A DNA stretch of 62,000 bases, taken from assembly GCA_951406725.2 (NCBI GenBank), contig OX597823.1:26122001-26184000 (forward strand). Direction: 5' to 3'. Position 1 is the stretch's first letter; each line of letters opens with the position of its first letter. This stretch comes from Octopus vulgaris. Taxonomy: Eukaryota. The notes beneath the pieces were generated by a model. The model worked only from the letters and a program-made list of their open reading frames with translations. It was not told where the DNA came from and made no database searches. Both the position numbers and the translations under genes were made by a program. Shown one piece after another: positions 52,361 through 62,000 of the stretch.

Positions 52361-52558
52361 CAGTGGTTCCCAAACTATGAGTCGCGACCCACAGATGGGT
52401 CGCAAACGGAATCTTAGTGGGTCGCAAAAAGTTATAAACTTACACATTAGCTTTGATTAACTGCTGTCTATCAAGATAGTTCAGTAGAGTTAAGTGGGTC
52501 GTCATAAACTGGTGTGATAAATAGTGGGTCGCGACTCTAAAAAGTTTGGGAACCACTG
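52361..52558. mobile_element. hAT MITE
   Basis: TIR CAGTGGTTCCCAAACT / AGTTTGGGAACCACTG; 8-bp TSD TTATAGTA at 52353-52360 and 52559-52566. Confidence 0.92.
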
Positions 52559-53399
52559 TTATAGTACATTAAGGTGACAAGCTGACAGAATTGTTAGAAT
52601 GCCAGGCAAAAAGCTTAGTGATATTTCGCCTACTGTTAGGTTTTGAGTTCGTGTTACGCCGAGGTCGGCTTTGCCTTTCATCCTTTTGGGTCGATAAAAT
52701 TAGTACCATTTACGTACTGCAGTCGATGTATCGACTTAAACCTGCCCCCAAAATTTGAGGTCCTGTTCTTCCAGTAGAAAGGATTTATTAAAGTTGAAGA
52801 AGTGTGATACACTGACATTCACATTTATTATATCAGATATGTTTAATTTTAGGGAAACTTTATTTATATATTAGATATGTGTGTTTATACTCTATTACTC
52901 TTTTACTTGTTTCAGTCATGTGACTGTGGCCATGCTGGAGCACCGCCTTTAGTCGAACAAATCGACCCCAGGACTTATTCTTTGTAAGCCTAGTACTTAA
53001 TCTATCGGTCTCTTTTTGCCGAATCGCTAAGTTACGGGGACGTAAACACACAAATCGGTTGTCAAGCGATGTTGGGGGGACAGACACACACAAACACACA
53101 CATATACATATACATATATACGACGGGCTTCTTTCAGTTTCCGTCTACCAAATCCACTCACAATGTTGGCAACAGGAATTTCTCTCAAAGAGACATGGTT
53201 AAACAAAGTTGTACATCATCTCCCTCTTTCTCTCTCTTTTATTATTACTCCCACTGCCACCATCAACACTACTACTTTTAATAAAACATCAACTCTCCCT
53301 AAATTTCTTTTCTTTCTTTCTCTCTTTTTCTTTCTCTCTTTTTGTCTTCGCCACCACCCTCACCACCTCTATGCCTACTATTACTTTCACCCCATCCAG

Positions 53400-53493
53400 A
53401 GGAATAGTAGGAGAATCACTGAATAGTGAGAGAGGGGGTCTAAGTGTGACACACTGACACACAGAAATTAGTTCTCGCATTTATTATATTAGA
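53400..53493 (-). mobile_element. Possible 5' end of a non-autonomous Helitron
   Basis: Minus strand A|TCTAATATAATAAATGCGAG.. fits the Helitron A|TC 5' rule. A similar decayed end lies near 52800-52837. No 3' hairpin-CTRR end found. Confidence 0.35.
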
Positions 53494-53639
53494 TGGCATT
53501 ACATGTGATTATTTTTCCGTGACTTTTTTTTTACATGAATTCATCAGATCTATTCACATAAGAATATCTAAATCCTGGCAAATAACTTAAAAACACACAG
53601 AAAATAAAGAAAATATCTCTTAATCCAGAAAGAAATCAA

Positions 53640-54263
53640 GGCAAGACTTCCGCCCCCCACCCCCCAAAAAAAACACCCTTTAAAAAAGTTTTTTTTCGAC
53701 ACAAACTCCTCTTTTCGGCTATGGGAAATACGAATCTGCAAAAAAATTGGCAAAAATCGACATTTCAAAATTACTCCCACCCCATTTCCTTCATTTTAAA
53801 CTTTTTTCATAATTTTTTTTTTCTTCAAAATATCCAGAAAAATACTCAGATTATGATGATTCTGAAAAAAAATTTCCAAAAATCTTTGTAAAATTTTTTT
53901 TCTAAATATGCGGAAAAATATGGACGTCATGATTTGAACAAAAATTTCAAAACATTTCTGTACTTACGGTTACGGTTTTAGGGTTAGGGTTTTAGGATTA
54001 AGGTTTTAGGGTTAGAGTTAGAGTTTTAAGGTTAGGGTTGGGGTGTTAGGGTTAGGGTTTTAGGGTGTTAGGGTTAATGTTGGGGGACAAAAGTCAAAAT
54101 TGAAGAAGTTGTGGGGGGGAAATGGGGGAAAATTTTCACAATGCCGATTTTTGACAATTTTCTGGAAACTTCGTATCCGAAAACGGGGATTTTTGGCAAT
54201 AAAAAATTACAAAAATAAACAAATTTGGGAGAAAATGGGGTGGGAGCGGGCGGAAGTCTTTCT
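53640..54263. mobile_element. TIR element with internal (TTAGGG)n-like tract and 8-bp TSD
   Basis: Ends GGCAAGACTTCCGCCC / GGGCGGAAGTCTTTCT (14/16 match); GAAATCAA at 53632-53639 and 54264-54271; degenerate telomere-like repeats at 53964-54076. Confidence 0.7.
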
Positions 54264-54824
54264 GAAATCAATAACAACTGACACAAATGCAGAAAAAAAG
54301 AAATATAACAATCCCACAGTACATCACTGGCAAATTTGTATGAGAAGTTTTTTAAAAAAGCTCGTAAAGTTTAACATTTTGAGAAAAAAATATTTGAAAA
54401 AAAGTTATTGCTTACCGTGTCATACTTGTGTACAACAAAAATTCCGAATAATACGTTTTTCAAAACATTAAAACCTTAGTAAGGGTTTTCTGAAGCTTTA
54501 AATCATTTATAAAAATCTGCAGTATCTATAGATACCCCTTTCGACATCCCAGTGCGTCACGGTCACATTTGAGGCCCAATGTCTTATGCCATCCAATAAA
54601 ATAATACTATACACTGGTTTACATCTTCGATACCTAGTACTATGACACCAACAATTCACATTCTACACACCTACCCTCTGTTCATATAACACAAACCATG
54701 TACTAGATATTCCACATTAAAACCACCCAACTATAAAATACATCGTACCACTCAAACAGCAGCACATAGTGCATAGTTATATAATAGATGAAGAATTAAA
54801 ATAACACTAAAAACAAAAATAAGC

Positions 54825-54873
<49 letters not shown>

Positions 54874-54894
54874 GTTGTTATTATTATTATTATT

Positions 54895-55694
54895 GGATCT
54901 TTTCCTTTTGAACGGCACTTTTCAACACAATTTCTAGTTAACTAAACACTTTTAAATTTCGTATACTGGTAGAATGTGCTTATAAAACATCATTTTTTCT
55001 TGGCTTTATTGAGAAAATTCTATATGTTGTAACATATTTCGTCTTTAATTTCGAGCATTTCGGCAATTTTAACCAATCGCTGACCTCCATTTAGGTAAAC
55101 AACATTCCGTGCTGTATGAATATGTCCCTCGTTTAAGAAACAGATTGGGTTTATTTACATTTGTGAAGAAAAAAGATACCCTTCCCCCACCCCTAACCCT
55201 AACTCCCCTAACTCTAAAATAGATTGAAAAGAATAGATCGATACTAGGGCCATAATTATGGGTGACATTTTCATTTGACACCGCTAGAAAAAAATCCCAT
55301 TTTCCGTAGCGGTGTCGTATGAAATTGTCACCCATAATTATAACCCTAGTATCGATCTATTGCATTTCAATCTATTTTAGATTTAGGGTTAGAGTTAGGG
55401 TTATGGTTAGGGTTAGGGGTGGGGGAAGGGTATCTTTTTTCTTCACAAATGTAAATAAACCCAATCTGTTTCTTAAACGAGGGGCATATTCATACAGTAC
55501 GGAGGTCAGCGATTGGTTAAAATTGCCGAAATGCTCGAAATTAAAGACGAAATATGTTACAACATATAGAATTTTCTCAATAAAACCAAGAAAAAATGAT
55601 GTTTTATAAACACATTCTACCAGTATACGAAGTTTAAGAGTGTTTAGTTAACTAGAAATTATGTTACAAAGTGTCGTTCAAAAGGAAAAGATCC
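54895..55694. mobile_element. 800-bp fold-back element with about 390-bp arms and internal telomere-like repeats
   Basis: Arms 54895-55286 and 55307-55694, 20-nt spacer, termini GGATCTTTTCCTTTTGAACG; CCCTAA/TTAGGG blocks in each arm; inserted in (TTA)n. Confidence 0.92.
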
Positions 55695-55732
<38 letters not shown>

Positions 55733-56203
55733 GAGTGAGAGAGCAGTTCATGCCATCAAAGTGACACTGGGGTAAAATATACGAAGCCCTATATACCCAT
55801 CATTACTACCCGTCTGATAAGGGTACTCCAGGCACATGCATCACAACCATATGTGCGCGACATGGTGATCTCATATCAAGATAAACAGCACATGACCTTG
55901 CAGGTGGGGCCCAGTTAGAATTTTCTTCAGGTTGAGTAGCCCATCCCGCTCAAAAGGTCCCTGAAGAAGGGTTGTTTAAGGATGTTGAAAGAACCACCCA
56001 TGTTTCCAGAGGTGAATTATTCAAACCCCAAAGAATCCCTCTCAACACATGGCTATGATGCTCCCCCACTACTTCTGCTCGTGATCAGAGATGCACATAT
56101 CGTCAACCACTAAGGGACATGGTCAACTGGTTAAGGTCAAACAACTGACAAGCAAATCTGTGGTATTGAGCAGAATATTTGCTGTAGCCCATCTTTTATA
56201 CCA
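55733..56203 (-). mobile_element. Family D non-coding retroposon, 3' part with (AAT)n tail
   Basis: Overlaps in sequence with 8246-8606. On minus it ends ...CTCTCTCACTC then (AAT)n. Confidence 0.75.
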
Positions 56204-58319
56204 TGTTATTTGTAATTTAGGTATAAGGCTTGTAATTTAGGCTCAAGGCTTGCAATTTAGAAGAAAGGGTATAAGTTGATACCATCGACCTCACTATTGG
56301 TACTTTATTTTATCGACCTCAGGGAGTGGAGAGAAAAGTAATGTTGACTTTGGTGGGATTTGAACTCAGAATGTAATGGGCTGTGATGTATGACATTCCA
56401 ACGATTCTGCAAATCTACTGCCCTCTAATCTGCTATAATAAGTGCGGACAACTTTTCTTTCGAGAAGTGGGCCGCATGAGAAATGGTTCATTAGACGAAC
56501 TGCACTACTAAAAAAAAAAAAAAAATACAAAGCAATTTTTTGTTGGTGTGCAGTTCAGAAAGGCCCTTGGGCTGCAGTTTGTCCATGACTGGTTTATGAC
56601 ATAAGAATAAGGCAGCATATTTGGGTAGGAAGATTAGTCGTTTAAATTGCGCTTAGCGCTTTATCTTAGCGACCCCTGAATAATGAAAAGCAAAGTTGAC
56701 TGTGGCTGGGATTTGAACTCAGAACATAAAGAACCGTAATTTAATTCCGCAAGGCTTTTTGTCGAACGTTCTAACGATTCTGCTAAATAATAAACTATCC
56801 GTCAACAAGTTAATCCAGCTGACCTACTTGTGCCTGAAAACCAGGATGAATTGATTTCCGTAATGTAAGCTAAACAACGAAACACTTGCATGACAGATTG
56901 TTGCAATGTGGTGCCAGATGAGACCGATACATGGAATATTCTATTCTGATGAATTAATGGCTTTCTTCCAAATTCTTCATCAGTTACACAAATATTCCAT
57001 TGTTCTACCTTAGAGAAGTTGTATGGATGTTAAACAACAATGATGATGACAACGACGACAAAAGTAACAACAAACAATAACAGCAGCAACAACGATGATA
57101 ACAGCATATAACAATAATAATGACGACAATTGCAACATATAACAATGACAAGATTTCAAGCCAAAGAAAGAGACTCTACGTAGTCGTTCAACCTGCTAGA
57201 AATAGCTGCCAAATCTTCCTTGTCTTAAAAAAAAAAAAGGATATTGGATAATGCAGTTATAGAAACATGCAGGAGGGAGAGAGAGAGTCATGACTGGAAT
57301 ACCTTTCATCATGGGCTCGTTGAGCCAAGGCTAAACAACAAAACAGAGACACTAGATATGACAGTATGTTAACACCAATGATAGGAATAGTCTGACAACT
57401 CACATGTAAGACGCTGTTGTATTCGTATTTAATAGAACATCCCCTTGAGGTATTCCCCACCCAACACTTTCATCACACACAATGGCCACTCTAAGATGTG
57501 CAAATATATGCATTGTAACCAACACACAAAAGGGAAAAGAACTGTAAGCAAGCATGTAATTACATCTGTTCAAAACACCGTTCTTAACGGGCTATATATA
57601 AACCTAGGGCTACATCTAAATCTTCTTCATAAAAAATACAAAGCAAATTTATAAAGAAAGAGATCATAAGTTTATCAGAAATTTATTAGGGGCATTTTGT
57701 TTTCACTTTTTGTTCACACACACACATAGACTCACGCATATTTTTTAACAAAATATTGAAGGGAACGTCGATAATTTTGCAAGGCAACAGATACCTAACA
57801 TATATAAATAATTAAATATATAAATAATTTGGCAATTGAACAGTGGAGAATAGATATTAATGGAATGCAATACACCAACTAACCACAATGTTGGGTTACA
57901 GATAGATCCTTGAAGTTATTTATTGGTTAATATTCTCTTCAGCATTGATACAAAGTAGATCAGCAGAAATACAATAGACCAAATGACTACCATTTTTGTA
58001 GAGAGCGATTATTGAATGAATCTATCTAATGGACAAGTTGGGCAGCAAATGATTTTGTGTTATTGCTGACCAAATTATATTGTCTGATTCAAATACATAG
58101 ATTTTTGGGCATTTTGATCATATCTGTTATCTACATAGATTTTCCACGAATGATTTATTTGGTGCATGTAAACATTCCTAGCCTTAGTGCAGCAATGCAA
58201 ACATTCCTAGACTGATGCAGTGATGATTGTTTTGAGTTAATATAAAGGTTAATGAGAGCATGTGACCAGCAACTAGATTCATCATAACTTGGCTTTGTGA
58301 ATGAAGCTTCATAAAATGA

Positions 58320-59400
58320 CATGTCCAATCAACTGCAGGCTTGCTGGTGGTGAATGAAGCTTTCTAGGACAGGTAGGTTTAGACACAGTAACTGCAAGGG
58401 AAATTTTATTCTGGGTTCAGTGTTGTTGAATCACAGTTCTTCCACAATCTCTTTTTGTCCTCAAGGTCAGCCCTGCACATTCTCGAATGGTGAAACAGAC
58501 TTTTGAATGTTGTGTCACTAGGCAATGTAATTAGATGCTACAATAGATGACTAGTGATGGTCAATAGGACAAAAAATAAGGCATAGCTTCAAAGTCCTGG
58601 TACTTACTCTTTGGTGCCCATCTGTCATGGTGGCCAAAGAGAATTTGCCACAGTTTTGAATAAATGATGCTTTGCCCAACACTGGTATGGTTTTGATGCT
58701 AGTAACTTCTGCTAGTTTTTAGGACTTTCTTGTTGGAAATAAGTCACTCCAGTGTGTGTTGGGGATGGTGTGCAGGCAGTAATGGTGAAAATGCTCAAGA
58801 AATTATAGGTGATGGTAGTAGGTAACTCATAATTCAGATGGTAGTCAGTATAATGGCCCTATACATGATGATCTTTTTTATCTTGCCTCAGATTCTTGCT
58901 GCCCGAGATTCTTTTGCACGATCTGCAAATACAGTGTTTGCCTTTGCCTGTCTGTTGTTAACTTTCCTGTTTGCCTTTGCATGTCTGTTGTTAATTTCCT
59001 TGTTGGTTTCAATATCTGATGAAATGATGCATCAATGCTATTGAACTAATGGACTGTCTTCAGCTCTGTCTCACCAATGGTGCTGCAGAGAGGATAGAAA
59101 TCTTCCTGGGATTTTGAAGAACATTTTTTTTTCCAGGTTGATTTCTGATCCAAAGTACTTGAGAGTTCCTTCAAAACAGAATATATGTTGCAGGTGGTGA
59201 ATTTATGTGAGCATCATCATTGAAGAGAAAAGCCCAGATGAGTTGCTCTAGCATCTTAATGTAGAACTGTAGTTATCTCAAGTTGAACAAGTGTTACCAG
59301 TGTGATATTAGATGTAATAACCATTTTCTTCATTGAGCTCCTCTGTGTCCTTTATGAGCTTCACATAGTACAATAATCTGAATGCCAGTTGAATCTATTT
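58320..59400 (-). mobile_element. Decayed RTE (BovB-like) LINE, RT and C-terminal region
   Basis: Minus-strand remnants NEENGYYI..LFNLR, FLFNDD (FADD-like), ISSDIETNKEINNRHAKAN (duplicated), YRAIILTT, EHFHHYCLHT and FPCSYC. Confidence 0.75.
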
Positions 59401-61520
59401 GGATGACCACATTGCTACTTTTTGGTGGTAATCAAGAAAAGGGAAAAGATAAACAAATTTACCTCTTCCTGATAGTTATGGCAAAGGTTGAAAGGACACA
59501 GAAGATATAGGTGTTTCTCTGACTGGAACAATATTTTCATCACATGCTTCAAATACCATTTCAAGTAAACAGTAATGGTTGAGATATCCTGTATTTAGGT
59601 AATTTTCATGGGACACAGGTGGAATTTGTTGATTTAATTCCCTGACTTGCTTGTAGAGTGGATTATGGAAAGAATTTCTGTAAGCTGATGAGAGATATTG
59701 AGATTTGAGATGCCTTAATCTTCTTTAGGTAATGTATGTCTTTTGCAAAGGTCTTACAACATGATAGGTTCAAAGGTTGTGTAGCAGTAGTAACCTTTAT
59801 TAAGTGACATACAATATGAAGCCACTCATCAGACACTTCTCCTTACACTCTGAGGCTATCAGTCTTGTTCAGGGATAGACCTAGATCCCTGGTTTAATAG
59901 TAAGACCAGGAGGAAAATCTGGGTAGATTTGAGAGATGGTGGTGGGGATGCATACTTCATAAAAATAGCTGAAGTCCCCAATGATAAACCTATGATCTCA
60001 ATAGCTGAAGTGGTGGAACAGGGAAATGCTAGATAGACTGGTTAATAAGACCTTGACTGATGAAGATTCATTGCCTGATCCTGCATATCACATTTCAGAT
60101 GTGCCACAGAAAATGCCTTCGAGACCACAATGCCTGACATGTTGGAATTCACCTTTATCAAGAAACATGCCACTAGTATTCCTTCATTGAAGAATTACAA
60201 CAGAAAAAGAAATACTCAGACACAAGGAGGAGCTGTTGCTGATGATAACATGATAAGGCCATGTAACCCTATTTTTGTGATCCAAAAATGTTATATTTGA
60301 TCTCCTCAAAGCCCATCTGCTCAGAATTAACTGTTTTGGACATAGAATGTTGTAAACTAAGAAGAAAGTCCCCACTTTCCCAACTAACTGTTCATTGTTT
60401 GTTTTATTATGGGAAATTAATTTTAAGTCCAAATCAAAAAGAACACTACGTCCAAAATTTCCTAAATTAATGAAGATCTAAGATTAACGAAGTTGTTGAC
60501 CTTGCCAAGAATAGAGACTAATGGTGAAAGTGTTATGCATATAGTATTTATTACATTGTTGGCTTGGCTACCCTTTATAGAAACAGAAAAGGATGCTGAA
60601 GAAGGAAAAGTGTCTTTGAATGGTTGTCTCTCATCATTTTAAAGCATTTATTTTTTCTATTTCAAATAATGTATAATATAAGAAAAGACGAAGGCAGGTG
60701 AGGGAACAACACACAGGTGTATTACTTTGATGCTCAGGAATAATAGAAAAGTCTTTGATCCTTCAAGCTTATGTTCTTCGACAGAAAGGATTGAGAGGAA
60801 AAAAATGGAGGGAGAATGAAAACAAACGGACAGAGAAAAAATGTGTAGAGAATAATGGTTCAACATGATGAAATGTATGATATATATATATACAATTGTA
60901 TGTTTATATGTTGTATATATTATATGTATAGTGTATACAGATTACAAGATTGTGGGTTCGATTCCCAGACTGGGCTTTGCATTGTGTTCTTAAGCAAAGC
61001 ACTTCATTTCACGTTGCTCTGCGATCATTTCATCACCTGACATGTGACACACGGTGCACCTGTACAGGTAATGTTGAGTTGATGGAGAGGTGGTTGTTTG
61101 GCAAGAAATTGCCAAACTCTCATACATTGTCTAACAACAGGAAAGTCCATGATATATAATAAGAGAAAAGAAAATGGACATAACTTTTATTTATAACCAT
61201 TTTATTTATTTATAACCATTTCTTTCCATTGTTACATATGTTTCAGTATTTGGTAACAGATGACATCACACTACAGATGCAACTAGTAGGTGCAGCTTAT
61301 ATGGCAAGCATGGAATAAACACATCACCAGGCAATCGATAAAGAAATAAAAGTTAGAGACAAAGAGTAACCAAATCTATACACATTGGAAGCACCTGCTA
61401 GAAGGGAGGGAGTGGAGGAGGTAAGAAGGTAAGCTGACCGACATAATTGCAGTGCGGACTGGTGTTTCTAAGAGTGGAATTAGTCACTGAGTAAGAAATG
61501 GGCCTACAATTGCATTTACT

Positions 61521-61724
61521 TGACTCTTTTACTTGTTTCAGTCATTTGACTGTGGCCATGCTGGAGCATCACCTTTAGTCGAGCAAATTGACCCCAGGAC
61601 TTATTCTTTGCAAGCCTAGTACTTATGTTATTGTTCTCTTTCGCTGAACTGCTAAGTTACGGGGACATAAACACACCAGCATCAGTCGTCAAGCGATGTT
61701 GGGGGGACAAACACAGACACACAA

Positions 61725-61787
<63 letters not shown>

Positions 61788-61939
61788 TACGATGGCCTTC
61801 TTTCAGTTTCCGTCTGCCAAATCCACTCACCGAGGCTATAGTAGAAGACACTTGCCCAAGGTGCCATGCAGTGGGACTGAACCCGGAACCATGTGGTTGG
61901 TAAGCAAGCTACTTACCACACAGCCACTTCTACACCTAT
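61521..61939 (-). mobile_element. SINE family B, full length
   Basis: Reverse complement of the 6448-6870 copy, with an expanded internal (CA)/(TA) spacer. Confidence 0.85.
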
Positions 61940-62000
61940 GACTGTATAAAAGGGGAGGAGGGAGAACACAGAGATAGCAGCTAGCAAGATAAAGTGGTAC

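Noticed and set aside
53964-54076. True telomere or chromosome-fusion site
   Set aside because: Short, degenerate and enclosed within a TIR/TSD-bounded element.

Overview
AT-rich, repeat-dense animal nuclear DNA. The SINE families and microsatellite load look cephalopod (Octopus-like); this is inferred from repeat content only. I could not support any intact host protein-coding gene, and most short ORFs in the track are translations of microsatellites or repeats. Recognisable content: a near-complete but disrupted R4/Dong-type RLE LINE inside a (TAA)n array (21022-24621), older R4-like, RTE and CR1-like relics, a full-length dead mariner and a rearranged one, a hAT transposase relic, four hAT MITEs with 8-bp TSDs, TTAA MITEs, and many copies of three SINE families. 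The best candidate for a novel system is a set of hammerhead-ribozyme (HHR) elements inserted as palindromes into (TA)n microsatellites. One is a 359-bp tandem unit with a canonical minimal type I HHR, arranged as two divergent arms (25703-26831), like a retrozyme or Penelope pseudo-LTR. The other is an unrelated palindrome of similar architecture carrying an HHR-like variant with a compensatory U3-A8 core (34992-35360). Two TIR/fold-back elements with internal telomere-like (TTAGGG)n tracts lie at 53.6-55.7 kb.
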